Shown here: positions 37,198 to 51,991 of the stretch, one piece after another | Layout of the letters: each line of letters begins with the position of its first letter | Numbering within the stretch: position 1 is the first letter of the stretch | Assembly (NCBI GenBank): GCA_028871115.1 | Contig: JAGWOD010000002.1 | Span: 2,144-66,143, forward strand | Reading direction: 5' to 3' | From: Patescibacteria group bacterium | GTDB lineage: Bacteria > Patescibacteriota > Minisyncoccia > Phycocordibacterales > SBAW01 | Length of the DNA: 64,000 nucleotides | Made by a program: the position numbers and the translations under genes | The notes under the pieces: generated by a model | Database searches by the model: none | What the model was told of the DNA's origin: nothing | The model's input: only the letters and a program-made list of their open reading frames with translations

Positions 37198-38352
37198 ATG
37201 AAAAAAAAGATACTATTTCTCATCACAAAATCAAATTGGGGTGGCGCACAGCGGTATGTCTTTGACCTTGCAACCACCCTTCCGCGTGAGACATTCGAAG
37301 TCACTGTAGCCCTCGGTGGCACGGGTCTTCCGGGGGCAGCTGTCGGTGCACTTGCCAAAGAACTAGAGAAGCGTGCGGTACGTGTGGTCTTTGTGCATGC
37401 ACTCTCACGAGATGTTTCTATCAGTGGTGATTTGCGCGCACTCCTTGAAGTGCGGCGCATGCTGCACAAAGAGCGACCTGATGTTCTCCACCTCAACAGT
37501 TCGAAGGCAGGTGGCCTAGGAGCTTTCGCCGCTCGTCTTTCGGGGGTGGGCTCTATTATCTTCACCATCCATGGTCTCCCCTACGATGAGGATCGGAATC
37601 CTTTTGCTCGTGCCGCAATCTTTTTTGCCACCTGGATAACTCTGCTTCTGTCTACGAGCGTGATCTGCGTTTCGCGAGATAATTTTGAGCGCGTCAAAAA
37701 GATTCCTGGCTGCAAGCATAAAACTTCCCTTATTCATAACGGGCTGCCTCCGCTTCCTTTCGATGAACGCGCGCTAGCACGCAAGAGACTCGTTGAAGAG
37801 ACTCACCTCGCCTCTGAATATGAGCCTCTATGGATCGGGGCCGTGGGGGAACTCACCCGCAATAAAGGATTCTCCTATCTCATTACGGCAGCAGGCGCAC
37901 TCGCACGAGCTGGAAAGCGGTTTCATCTCTTTATCCTGGGCGATGGAGAAGAGCGCGGGGAACTTGAGCAACAGATCAAAGAACATAGTTTATCTTCTTG
38001 CATACACCTTGTCGGATTCGTGCCAGATGCTTGGAAGCTGATGCGGGCATTCGACGTTTTTGTTCTCTCCTCGGTGAAAGAGGGCCTTCCCTACGTACTC
38101 CTTGAGGCAGGACAAGCAAAAAATAGTGTTATAGCAAGCCATATTTCCGGTGTCACCGACATTATAGAAGACGGAGTGACCGGCCTTCTTGTAAAGCCCA
38201 AAAACAGCGAGGACATTGAAGACAAACTCAAAACGTTGATTGAGAACGCATCGCTACGCGAGAGGCTGAGCGAGAAGCTCTACACCTGGGTATTGCGACA
38301 GTTTTCAGTCGAGCGAATGACGCAAGCTACTGCAGAGATTTACCGATCGTAG
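37198..38352 (+). CDS. GT4 family glycosyltransferase
   Basis: GGAQRY, HLNSSKAG, HG, NKG, EGLPYVLLEA (ExxxxxxxE); start trimmed to MKKKIL. Confidence 0.92.
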   Translation: MKKKILFLITKSNWGGAQRYVFDLATTLPRETFEVTVALGGTGLPGAAVGALAKELEKRAVRVVFVHALSRDVSISGDLRALLEVRRMLHKERPDVLHLNSSKAGGLGAFAARLSGVGSIIFTIHGLPYDEDRNPFARAAIFFATWITLLLSTSVICVSRDNFERVKKIPGCKHKTSLIHNGLPPLPFDERALARKRLVEETHLASEYEPLWIGAVGELTRNKGFSYLITAAGALARAGKRFHLFILGDGEERGELEQQIKEHSLSSCIHLVGFVPDAWKLMRAFDVFVLSSVKEGLPYVLLEAGQAKNSVIASHISGVTDIIEDGVTGLLVKPKNSEDIEDKLKTLIENASLRERLSEKLYTWVLRQFSVERMTQATAEIYRS

Positions 38353-39482
38353 CCTCCAGAAAATTCCTTATCGAGCTCTTCCCGATGCGCCGCGCGTGCA
38401 TAGCCACGCATGCCGTCGACAATACCAAGCGCCAAGAATTCAATAACAAGATGTGAGCCACCATAACTCATAAACGGTATGGTGGTACCAGTCACCGGTA
38501 GAAGTCCCATATTGATTCCAACATGGAGAACAAAGTGCGCGGCCAGATAGAAAAGAACCCCAAGAGTAAAGAGCGTCTCGAAATTGGTGGCCCCACGAGA
38601 GGAAGCAGCAAGCAATCTAAAAAAAAGCACTCCGTAGAGTATAAAAAGAAGCACCACTCCTAAGAATCCCCATTCTTCAGCAAATGCTGCGAACATAAAA
38701 TCAGTTTGATACTCCGGCAAGAACCGTAGGGTCGATTGCGTCCCGTACCCTATACCCTTCCCCAAAAGCTCCCCGGATCCTACCGCTATCGTTGCTTGAT
38801 AGGCTTGATAACCTACCCCTTGGCTTGATGCAAGTGGATGAATAAAAGCCAGAATCCGTTCTCGCTGGTAGGCATGAAATCCGAACGTCCACAGACCGGC
38901 GAAGGCAAGAACTCCTATCGCTATGACCGCAAGAAGATGCTTGCGCGAGAGACCGGAGACCAGCACCATAGAAAACCATATCGCAACCACGATGATGGCG
39001 CCTCCGAAGTTCGGCTGCAGGGCAACCGCGATTGCGAGGATGAGTGCATACGCGCCGGAGACAATGATATGTCTAAGGTTTCCTATCTCCACATGCCGAC
39101 GGGAGAAATATTTTGCAAGTACAACAATGAGAGCGAGATTGGCAAGTTCCGCTGGCTCAAAAGAAAATGCACCAAACGAGAACCAGCTCTGAGCACCGCG
39201 GGATACGTGTCCGAGCACAAACAGTAAGATAAGCAGAGCGGTAGCGAGCCCATAGAGTGCAACGGCGATATTCGTGCGGCGTAGAATTCTCCAATCAAAG
39301 CGGCGGGCAAGAAAGAAAATTCCAACCGCGATGCAAAGCCATATAATCTGCCTTACAAAGTAAGGATTTTGCGCCTCGAAGGAATCCATCGTGAGAAGCC
39401 CTAGGACAGAGAGGGTGAAGGCACATCCGAAAGCAATCCAGTCGGTGCGCCACGTGGATGGTATAAGGGACTCTCCGGCCAT
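38340..39482 (-). CDS. rodA: SEDS peptidoglycan polymerase RodA
   Basis: GAQSW, EPAE, QPNFG, YQRERI, A.GSG...GKG, FLPE.QTDF, EEWGF, PVTG..IPFMSYGGS. Confidence 0.9.
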   Translation of the reverse strand: MAGESLIPSTWRTDWIAFGCAFTLSVLGLLTMDSFEAQNPYFVRQIIWLCIAVGIFFLARRFDWRILRRTNIAVALYGLATALLILLFVLGHVSRGAQSWFSFGAFSFEPAELANLALIVVLAKYFSRRHVEIGNLRHIIVSGAYALILAIAVALQPNFGGAIIVVAIWFSMVLVSGLSRKHLLAVIAIGVLAFAGLWTFGFHAYQRERILAFIHPLASSQGVGYQAYQATIAVGSGELLGKGIGYGTQSTLRFLPEYQTDFMFAAFAEEWGFLGVVLLFILYGVLFFRLLAASSRGATNFETLFTLGVLFYLAAHFVLHVGINMGLLPVTGTTIPFMSYGGSHLVIEFLALGIVDGMRGYARAAHREELDKEFSGGYDR

Positions 39483-39485
39483 CGA

Positions 39486-40256
39486 TTAGGACTGCGCCGG
39501 CAGAGCAGGCAGTGGGGTTATTTCAGCGCGGATAACATTGGGGACTCCCGAGGGCCAGGTGAAAACAACATTCTGGGATGAGCCTGGAGCAATAGGTTGA
39601 AGAAGACTCTCTGAAGCAGCTTGTGCAGTCGAACTCGCGTCAAAAAGTACTGCAGCGAGAGTCAGATTACTTATTGCGCTATCGCCTGCGTTAACGATTG
39701 AAACAGAGAGTGAGCTCCCATCCGAAGAAAGATTCTCCCCTTCTACCTCAATTGAGGGCAAAGAACTTTGAGGAATCTTTGTCCACTGGATAGCATTAGT
39801 CGAAAACTCAAAGAAGGTATGCGCTACAGTTCTTGTGCCAGTCGGTATATTAGCTTCGATCACCGGTACGACCTGTTGTGGCTCGATATCCATGACCCCA
39901 TCGCGCTCTACAATGAGCACGTTGTTACTATCAAAGAGACGAAATGCGTATGGAACGCTATACGCACCAGCGTTTTGTGCACTGTTTGGGTTCTCTACGT
40001 ATGCTGCAGCCGTATAGACCCCGGGAGCAGTTTGAAATGCTCGCGACCACAGGACAACCGGCGCGCGTGCTTCATCTGAGCAAATGCGAGCGCAAGGACC
40101 ACCACAATCGATTCCTGTTTCTCCTTGATCCTGCTTTCCATCAAAACAAGAAGGAGCAGTTGCAAAAAAATGAAAGCCAATCCAAAGGATAATAATGAGT
40201 GCCACGAGCGCTGTAACGCCTCCATAAAGCAACTTTCGTCTCATCGCCCATGACAT
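39486..40256 (-). CDS. Membrane-anchored hypothetical protein with Cys motif and Ig-like domains
   Basis: TM, SCFDGKQDQGETGIDCGGPC, ENPN, V.FTW. Confidence 0.7.
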   Translation of the reverse strand: MSWAMRRKLLYGGVTALVALIIILWIGFHFFATAPSCFDGKQDQGETGIDCGGPCARICSDEARAPVVLWSRAFQTAPGVYTAAAYVENPNSAQNAGAYSVPYAFRLFDSNNVLIVERDGVMDIEPQQVVPVIEANIPTGTRTVAHTFFEFSTNAIQWTKIPQSSLPSIEVEGENLSSDGSSLSVSIVNAGDSAISNLTLAAVLFDASSTAQAASESLLQPIAPGSSQNVVFTWPSGVPNVIRAEITPLPALPAQS

Positions 40257-40333
40257 AGAAGAGATTGTACCGTGAAGCAGTCCGCATCACAAAAACGCGC
40301 CCTATTTTAGCGCGTTTGTATTTTTAGATGCTC

Positions 40334-40449
40334 TGTTCTGGCGGCTAGCTACTCTCTCCCACAAAGTGGAATACCATCGCCGCTAGCGAGCTTAACTTCC
40401 GTGTTCGGAATGAGAACGGGTGTGACCCCGCCGCCAAGCCACCAAAACA
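40334..40449 (-). rRNA. rrf: 5S rRNA
   Basis: CACACCCGTTCTCATTCCGAACACGGAAGTTAAG on minus strand; terminal helix pairing; ends approximate. Confidence 0.93.
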
Positions 40450-40495
40450 GAACGTCCAAATGAAAACAACAGATTATTGCGATGCTCAAGCATCC

Positions 40496-43461
<2,966 letters not shown>

Positions 43462-43756
43462 CGCTTCCCTTTGCAAGGAAGCAAAAGGATGCTTGAGAAC
43501 CGCAATAATCTGTTGTTTCCCTTGTATAATTATGCAATTACACAAGGATTGTTGTTGTTGTTTCATTACCTGCCCATCTCCGCCCTCACAAAAAGACCCA
43601 CACGAAGTGAAGAGCGTGATGGAATTGAGTTGTCAACGTTCGAGATACGTCTTCTCTACTAAAAAATCCCGCTTTCTGCGGGACAAGCGAGCACACGAGG
43701 GCTCATGCCTATCTCCGCCGGCAGTCTTTGTTAGTAGTAAACATACCTATACAGAG

Positions 43757-43785
43757 AGTATAGCTGGCAGGCTATAGAGTGTCAA
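43757..43785 (-). promoter_or_regulatory. Sigma70 promoter of the 23S-5S operon
   Basis: TTGACA-N17-TATACT on minus strand. Confidence 0.88.
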
Positions 43786-43812
43786 GAAATAATTTTCTTG
43801 AGGATTCCTACA

Positions 43813-43841
43813 CAAAAATCCGCCTTTTGGGCGGATTTTTT
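43813..43841. terminator. Intrinsic terminator
   Basis: AAAAATCCGCC-ttttg-GGCGGATTTTT. Confidence 0.85.
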
Positions 43842-43861
43842 GCTTTGATTACAAGGAGAGA

Positions 43862-44551
43862 TTACTTCCCGTGATTCATCTGGCTGCGCATGCGCTCAAG
43901 GAATCGAGCGGCGGCATCCTGGCCGCCAAGACCAAAGGCAAGGCCAAACCCAAGGGAAAGCGCTACTACGATACCTGTAAAGAGTGTTTGAAGGATGCCG
44001 GAGGCAATACCAAGCTGCGAGAGAGCGGCAAGGATGGCAATGATCCATATAAGCCAACGGGCAACAGCACCCACAAAACCAGCGGATACAATGCCTGCCG
44101 CACGGGCTGACCCCGTCACGACATTTTGCACTGCCTCGGCAAGAACCGCACCGAAGAGCAAAATGAGTGCCGCAACGATAACCTGCGGAAGGTAGAAGAG
44201 AACCACTTGGTCGAGGAAGAGCGTTACCTGCGTGAGACCCATAACCTCAAGAGCGGCGAGAAGGAAGACGATGATGATGAACCATCTGACAAGAAAACCG
44301 AGAAATGCCCCTGAATTGAGCGTATAGCCGGCTCGGGAGACAATATCGTCAACACCCGCTGCCTTAAGTGCATGATCCACTTTAAGGGCCTGAATCACCT
44401 GAGCGACGACTCGGCCGAGGACCACCCCGACAATCCACCCAATGATGAAAATAATTACCGCGAACAGGAACGCCGGTATGAAGTTCACCACCCCATAGAA
44501 GAGGTTGACGAACGAATCCTGGAGTACCGTAAGCCACGATTGGACAACCAT
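43862..44551 (-). CDS. Conserved TM-helix / mechanosensitive-channel-like membrane protein (CmpX-like)
   Basis: FIP...A.II..IGW, YLP.V..A, GLAFGLGG.D.A. Confidence 0.8.
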   Translation of the reverse strand: MVVQSWLTVLQDSFVNLFYGVVNFIPAFLFAVIIFIIGWIVGVVLGRVVAQVIQALKVDHALKAAGVDDIVSRAGYTLNSGAFLGFLVRWFIIIVFLLAALEVMGLTQVTLFLDQVVLFYLPQVIVAALILLFGAVLAEAVQNVVTGSARAAGIVSAGFVGAVARWLIWIIAILAALSQLGIASGILQTLFTGIVVALSLGFGLAFGLGGQDAAARFLERMRSQMNHGK

Positions 44552-44716
44552 ATTTAAATTCCTTTACAAATAACGGGGCTTTTACCCCGACTGCTGCTAA
44601 TTGGACTTGATAATTCGCCCGTACTTAATTGTAACAAGGCCCTTTTTTCTTAGTGTGCTCCGTGTGGATAGCCAAAAAAGCCCGGATACAAGCAAAAAGA
44701 CTTATTTTCAGGGCTT

Positions 44717-45292
44717 TTATTTAAGCCCGATATCGAGGCGATCAAGCACGATACGGTGCGGATAGTCGAAAATATCGCGTATAAGACGGTCATTCATATT
44801 AAGACGGTAGAGAAAATCAGCGGTCGAGAGAAGGCTGTAGCGCACCTCTTTACCGAGATCAGCTTCAATCCTGCGCATTCTCTCTCGGAGTTTGCGTTCC
44901 TTGATCCGGTCACCAACAAGGAGCATATCGAGACGACCGTCCCACTCCCCCATGAATATTCCAGAGAGCACGATGCATTTCATCGTGCCGCTTGTGCGTA
45001 TTCGCTCCACAATATCCCGCCCGCGCTCTGGAGCATTGAGGAGAAGGCTCTGCAGCCCTGAAAGATATTCAAATTGGGGATTAATGCTCCAGCGGACTCC
45101 TTTCCCACGCCCGCGCTCAATGAGATGCGCCGAGGAGAACAGTGCAATCTCGCGACGAGTGGCCTTATCGGGCACACGCGCTCGAGCCGCTGCCTCCTCA
45201 GGAGAAAAGGAACTACGCGGGTTGAAAAGAAAGAGACGGAGCAGCTTTATTCGTGCGGGAGAGCCGAAGAGTTTGGCAAGCGGGTCGGTCAT
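44717..45292 (-). CDS. Winged-helix plus nucleotidyltransferase-like fold protein
   Basis: LFGS.AR.KLLRLF..N (HTH), LSG.F...LD.LLVG...E...GKE..Y; start trimmed to MTDPL. Confidence 0.65.
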   Translation of the reverse strand: MTDPLAKLFGSPARIKLLRLFLFNPRSSFSPEEAAARARVPDKATRREIALFSSAHLIERGRGKGVRWSINPQFEYLSGLQSLLLNAPERGRDIVERIRTSGTMKCIVLSGIFMGEWDGRLDMLLVGDRIKERKLRERMRRIEADLGKEVRYSLLSTADFLYRLNMNDRLIRDIFDYPHRIVLDRLDIGLK

Positions 45293-45360
45293 AATCGGCA
45301 CTTCTGAATATGGCTGTATTGTAGGCAACTTGTCTCAAGAGCGCAAAGGGGAGAGCGGAA

Positions 45361-45394
45361 TACAAAAACACCCGCCATGGCGGGTGTTTTTGTA
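45361..45394. terminator. Terminator downstream of rplL
   Basis: Palindrome TACAAAAACACCCGCCATGGCGGGTGTTTTTGTA. Confidence 0.9.
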
Positions 45395-45404
45395 TGTAGA
45401 GAAA

Positions 45405-45815
45405 TTATTTGAGCTCTACTTTTCCTCCTGCGGCTTCAATCGCTTTCTTGAGTTTTTCCGCATCTTCTTTCTTCATTCCCTCCTTAAGAAGGGCGGGTGC
45501 TGCATCGACAAGATCTTTCGCTTCTTTGAGCCCAAGACCAAGGCCTTCCTTCACGGCCTTGATAACTTGGACTTTTTGCGCCCCAGCGTCCGTGAGATGA
45601 ACATTGAAGGCGCTCTTCTCCTCAGCTGGCGCTGCGCCCCCGGCGGGGGCTGCCGTTGCCACTGCCGCGGCGGAGACACCGAATTTCTCCTCGAATACTT
45701 TCACAAGCTCATTGAGCTCAAGCACCGAGAGCGATTCAATAGAATCGACAATCCCTTTGAATTTCGCAGGAACCTCGACGGTAGCTTTTTGTACAACTGC
45801 TGTCTCTTCTGCCAT
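45405..45815 (-). CDS. rplL: 50S ribosomal protein L7/L12
   Basis: [32 protein letters not shown]. Confidence 0.98.
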   Translation of the reverse strand: MAEETAVVQKATVEVPAKFKGIVDSIESLSVLELNELVKVFEEKFGVSAAAVATAAPAGGAAPAEEKSAFNVHLTDAGAQKVQVIKAVKEGLGLGLKEAKDLVDAAPALLKEGMKKEDAEKLKKAIEAAGGKVELK

Positions 45816-45832
45816 ATAAGATTACTAATACG

Positions 45833-46324
45833 TTATGCAGGAAGCTTCTTTGCTCGCTCACTGAGCACAATGGCGAGTTTCTGAAGCGGACTGTTGATAA
45901 TATGGACGAACTGTGCACGAAGCACTTCAAGCGGCGGAATGGACGCGATCGACTTCATTTCGTCGATGCCAACATAGCGGCCACCGAAGACGCCTCCCGC
46001 AAAGAAAAGCTGCTCAGGATACTTTTTAACAAACACGGCGAGCTCTCGCGCGGGGGCGAGCTCATCCGTACCTGATACCAACGCTATCTCCCCCGCCATA
46101 TCAGGCATTGCTCCCTGAATCTTGGATCCCTGGAGAGCTCGTTTAAGGAGAGTTTTCTTGGTGACAGTATACTTCAGACCTTGCGTTTTGAGTGCACGGC
46201 GCATTTCCGTCGCTTGGGCAACGGTAAGACCTTTGAAGTTCGTAAAGACGAGCGTCAAAGAATTTTTGACGATATCTTCTACGTTCTTCAGAATTTCTTC
46301 TTTTTTCTTTCTAGTGATAGCCAT
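45833..46324 (-). CDS. rplJ: 50S ribosomal protein L10
   Basis: FKGLTV...MR, V.KKTL, upstream of rplL; start MAITR. Confidence 0.95.
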   Translation of the reverse strand: MAITRKKKEEILKNVEDIVKNSLTLVFTNFKGLTVAQATEMRRALKTQGLKYTVTKKTLLKRALQGSKIQGAMPDMAGEIALVSGTDELAPARELAVFVKKYPEQLFFAGGVFGGRYVGIDEMKSIASIPPLEVLRAQFVHIINSPLQKLAIVLSERAKKLPA

Positions 46325-46341
46325 ATAACCTATTTCGGGCA

Positions 46342-46422
46342 TAAAAAATACCCGGTAAAAGGGCGTCGAGTCGACCTCGGGAGGAAATTACTCGCTTGCT
46401 ACGAAACCCCCTGTCTTCGGCC
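46342..46422 (-). promoter_or_regulatory. Ribosomal protein L10 leader (cis-regulatory RNA)
   Basis: CCGAAGACAGGGGG...TAATTTCCTCCCGAGG core as in L10_leader, then hairpin and T run before rplJ. Confidence 0.8.
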
Positions 46423-46462
46423 CTTATGGGGACACTATAGGACCGGAGCGGGTAGGAGTCAA

Positions 46463-47038
46463 TCAGATATATTTGAATTCCTCAAAAACCCGCCGATACA
46501 GATCGGCTGTCGCTCGAGCTTCGTGTTCCGTAAGATGGTACTGTTCTCCATCATGGGCGATGCGATTGCGCACATGATGCGCTTGCCAGGCCAATTCCCG
46601 AGTCCCAAAGTGCGCTACGCTTGCCCCGCGCAATTGTTCGCCAATATCCGCGCCCACAAATCCCTTCTCGGTGAGCATGGAGGCGAGCATACTGTCCGCA
46701 TCAATGATTGCCCGTCGCCAGTCTCCCTCAAGAGGTGAATCAAAGAGTGCAAGAATGTCGTGCCAACGAGGATTACCCGGCCGCGTCTCGGCATGTTCTT
46801 TCATTTCAAGTTCGGCATGTAAGCGCTGATGATGCACTCGATGTTCGGCACCTTCAAGTGCAAGGCGCAAATAGATAAGAAGAATGAGAAGCACGACCGA
46901 GACTGCAAGAGCTGCGAGTTCGATATTTTGGATAGCGGTCAGTGTTCCCGATTGGATAGTGGCGCCATTTCCAACGTTGGAAAAAAAACCAAAAAAATTG
47001 GCAAGAATGTAGATGATATTAAATGAGGACAGAGACAT
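46463..47038 (-). CDS. Hypothetical membrane protein
   Basis: TM then W...DWRRAIIDAD.ML...GE.L...AW.AH.VRN.IAH. Confidence 0.7.
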   Translation of the reverse strand: MSLSSFNIIYILANFFGFFSNVGNGATIQSGTLTAIQNIELAALAVSVVLLILLIYLRLALEGAEHRVHHQRLHAELEMKEHAETRPGNPRWHDILALFDSPLEGDWRRAIIDADSMLASMLTEKGFVGADIGEQLRGASVAHFGTRELAWQAHHVRNRIAHDGEQYHLTEHEARATADLYRRVFEEFKYI

Positions 47039-47047
47039 TATTGCTTG

Positions 47048-48478
47048 TTATTCTACCTCGTTGAGCAAATGCTTGCCGATTTTGAAGAGAACATGCTCCC
47101 CTCCGTGGGAGGCCATAAATTGTATGCCGACGGGGAGCTCAGTGCCCTCGCGTTCTACCGTACCCATAGGAAGAGAGATGGCAGGTACACCCGTTAAGTT
47201 TGCGGGGACAGTAAAAATATCTTCAAGATACAGAGAGAGTGGGTCCGATTTCTCCCCAAGAGAGAAAGCCGGTGCTGGCATGGTAGGAGTAGCGATGGCA
47301 TCAATGTACTCAAACGCATTCTGAAATTCATGTCGGAGTTCTTGACGACTCGCTACTGCCCTACCATAGAACGCATCGTAGTAGCCAGCAGAAAGTACAT
47401 AGGTACCGAGCATAATACGTCGTCTCGTCTCAGGGCCAAATCCTTCTGTGCGTGAGCGTCGGTAATCGTCGACAAGAGAGGATCCAGAGCGAGAGAGGCC
47501 ATAGCGCACGCCATCGAATCGAGCGAGGTTCGTCGATACTTCTGCAAAGTTTATGATGTAATAAGCCGCAAGTGCAGAAGTAAGCTGTTTCAGTTCGATA
47601 TCGACGATATCGTAGCCCTCCCCAGCGAGTCTCTTTAGGCTTTCACTGAAGCGCGAGCCGACATCGCCGAGCTCCCCTATAAGATGTCGAGGCACTCCTA
47701 TCCGCCGCATCTCTTTTGAGGAAGAGTAGGTCGTTTCTACAGTTGTAGTGCTATCAAATATATCTGTGCCGCGTATGGCGTTGAAAAGCAATTCTGTATC
47801 GGTGACAGTTTTAGTAATAGGACCCGCCTGATCAAAAGAAGAAACTGCAGCGATAAGGCCGGAGCGTGATACTGCGCCATAGGTCGGTTTGAGACCGACC
47901 ACTCCACAAAAACTCGCTGGATTGCGCACGGAGCCACCGGTGTCGGTCCCCAAGGCAGCGAGAGCCATACCGGCTGCAACCGCCGCCGCTGAGCCGCCGG
48001 AGGTCCCGCCGGCCACACGGGTTTCATCATGAGGATTTCGAGTTGGACCAAAGGCAGAGTTGGTAGTCGATCCGCCGAGTGCAAACTCATCCATATTGGT
48101 TCGTCCGAGAAATACCGCCCCTGCGGCCTTAAGTTTTTTGGTGACGGTCGCATCGTATACGGCGGTATAATCCTCAAGCATTTTCGAGGCGGCCGAGGCC
48201 CTACGACCTTCTATTAAAATATTGTCTTTTATGGCAAGAGGAATTCCCAAGAGTGCGTGATTCTCCCCCCTCGCCCGGCGCAGATCAGCTTCTTTCGATT
48301 GGGCTTCTATATCCTCGAAGACTTCGAGATACGCGTTAATTGCCGAGTTTCTTTCTTCTATTGCGCTCTTGTAAGAGCGCGCAAGCTCAAGAGCGGAAAT
48401 CTCTTTTGACTGTAATTTCTTTGAGGCTTCGACAATTGAAAGTCCCGTCAATGCCTCTGCAGTAGCCTTTTTATTCAT
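47048..48478 (-). CDS. gatA: Asp/Glu-tRNA amidotransferase subunit A
   Basis: IKDN, TNMDEFA.G, GGTSGGSAAAVA, GTDTGGSVR.PA, RRIMLGTYVLSAGYYDA; start trimmed to MNKK. Confidence 0.96.
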   Translation of the reverse strand: MNKKATAEALTGLSIVEASKKLQSKEISALELARSYKSAIEERNSAINAYLEVFEDIEAQSKEADLRRARGENHALLGIPLAIKDNILIEGRRASAASKMLEDYTAVYDATVTKKLKAAGAVFLGRTNMDEFALGGSTTNSAFGPTRNPHDETRVAGGTSGGSAAAVAAGMALAALGTDTGGSVRNPASFCGVVGLKPTYGAVSRSGLIAAVSSFDQAGPITKTVTDTELLFNAIRGTDIFDSTTTVETTYSSSKEMRRIGVPRHLIGELGDVGSRFSESLKRLAGEGYDIVDIELKQLTSALAAYYIINFAEVSTNLARFDGVRYGLSRSGSSLVDDYRRSRTEGFGPETRRRIMLGTYVLSAGYYDAFYGRAVASRQELRHEFQNAFEYIDAIATPTMPAPAFSLGEKSDPLSLYLEDIFTVPANLTGVPAISLPMGTVEREGTELPVGIQFMASHGGEHVLFKIGKHLLNEVE

Positions 48479-48767
48479 CGCGTTGGATAATCTTCCGCAC
48501 AACGATATATTCCTCTTCGTGTCGAGGCGCTTGTGCAAGGAGTGCCTCGGGAGAGCCGCCTACTGTTACACCCGGAACATCTTCACGCATAACGGTATGC
48601 ACTGAAAGAATCTCTTCGGGGGCATCCACCCTGCCCTGTTGTATCTCTCCTACATAGGCAAGAATCGCGCCAAGGTCCTTTTCAAGGCTCTTCAGTTCTG
48701 CCTCAGTGAGAGAGAGGCGAGAAAGGGCCGCAAGATTTTCTATGTCGCTCCGGGAAATCATGTTCAT
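48471..48767 (-). CDS. gatC: Asp/Glu-tRNA amidotransferase subunit C
   Basis: LA.LSRL...IL.YV...MRED...AP; overlaps gatA start. Confidence 0.9.
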   Translation of the reverse strand: MNMISRSDIENLAALSRLSLTEAELKSLEKDLGAILAYVGEIQQGRVDAPEEILSVHTVMREDVPGVTVGGSPEALLAQAPRHEEEYIVVRKIIQRDE

Positions 48768-48777
48768 CGTTATACTA

Positions 48778-50892
<2,115 letters not shown>

Positions 50893-50950
50893 TTACAGGA
50901 CAAGGCCGTGGGTACGGTCACGTGCGGCGTTGCTACTGATATCGTGGTAC

Positions 50951-51991
50951 ATGAAAATAAAAATAAAGAAAAATAATCTGATTGCGTATGGGGCGGGAGG
51001 CGTAATCGGGGTAATTATCCTCGGATATGTCTTAGTGCGCATTGGGCAAGGGCTATCTACTCCGGGCAGTCCCCTTTCAGTGTTGCCATTTCCCCTTCCA
51101 CAGACGTCAACATCGTCATTACCTTCAACAACCTCGACAACTGAGACTCCCGAGGCAACACTCCTCCAAGGAATGCATATGACCTTTGACGACGAATTCA
51201 ATACCTTTAGTCGCTACGTCGATGCAAATGGAAACGTCACCTGCAACCCTGGCGGCAGCGGAACATGGCAGACCGTGTATGATTTTTGTTCACGCACTAA
51301 CTTTGCAAACAGCGAAGCAGAGGTCTACATCGATCCAGCATTTCTTTCGTACCTAAAAGGTGAATCGGCATCTGCGGCGGAAACTGATCCGGATAATCCA
51401 TTCTCCGTTTCAAACGGAGTGCTTGCCATACGTGCCCAACCCGCAAGTACGCAAGTACGCAGCGCAGTGGGCCAATGGGCGCAATACACCTCAGGCATTA
51501 TTACAACTCAATTTTCCTTCTCACAAACGTACGGATATTTTGAGGTTCGAGCCAAGCTTCCCACAGGAGCGGGACTATGGCCGGCATTTTGGCTTCTGCC
51601 CGAGGATAAATCATGGCCGCCGGAAATAGATGCTCTCGAAGCATTCGGTGATCCAAACCCTTTGGACCAAGGAGGTCAAACGCTCATCCATTACGCTTCG
51701 CACGCAACAAACCCCTCACAATCATGCGGTAATTGGTATAACGTCGGAGTGAATATCACGCAGGGATTTCATACGTATGGCGTAGATGTGGAACCCTCGG
51801 GGATAACCTATTACTTCGACGGAGTGCCTTACGCAACCTGTCCTCCTAATGCATCGGTGGGTAAACCCATGTACATGCTTATCAATTTGGCGGTCGGAAG
51901 TAGTGGAAGCTGGCCGGGGAGCCCGAATGGTTCAAACTCCTGGCCGGCGTACCTCTATATTGACTACGTACGTGCGTACCAAAAGAGCTGA
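50951..51991 (+). CDS. Membrane-anchored glycoside hydrolase family 16 (ExsH/laminarinase-like)
   Basis: TM plus S/T/P linker; F.DEF, YGYFEVRAKLP.G.GLWPAFWLLP, EIDALE (ExDxxE), FHTYG, IDYVR.Y; start trimmed to MKIK. Confidence 0.9.
   Translation: MKIKIKKNNLIAYGAGGVIGVIILGYVLVRIGQGLSTPGSPLSVLPFPLPQTSTSSLPSTTSTTETPEATLLQGMHMTFDDEFNTFSRYVDANGNVTCNPGGSGTWQTVYDFCSRTNFANSEAEVYIDPAFLSYLKGESASAAETDPDNPFSVSNGVLAIRAQPASTQVRSAVGQWAQYTSGIITTQFSFSQTYGYFEVRAKLPTGAGLWPAFWLLPEDKSWPPEIDALEAFGDPNPLDQGGQTLIHYASHATNPSQSCGNWYNVGVNITQGFHTYGVDVEPSGITYYFDGVPYATCPPNASVGKPMYMLINLAVGSSGSWPGSPNGSNSWPAYLYIDYVRAYQKS

Noticed and set aside
44892-45884. Long antisense ORFs such as this 330-aa frame, 17601-18257, 19228-20064 and 29167-29844
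   Set aside because: They are shadows of well-supported genes on the opposite strand; 44892-45884 also runs through a terminator.
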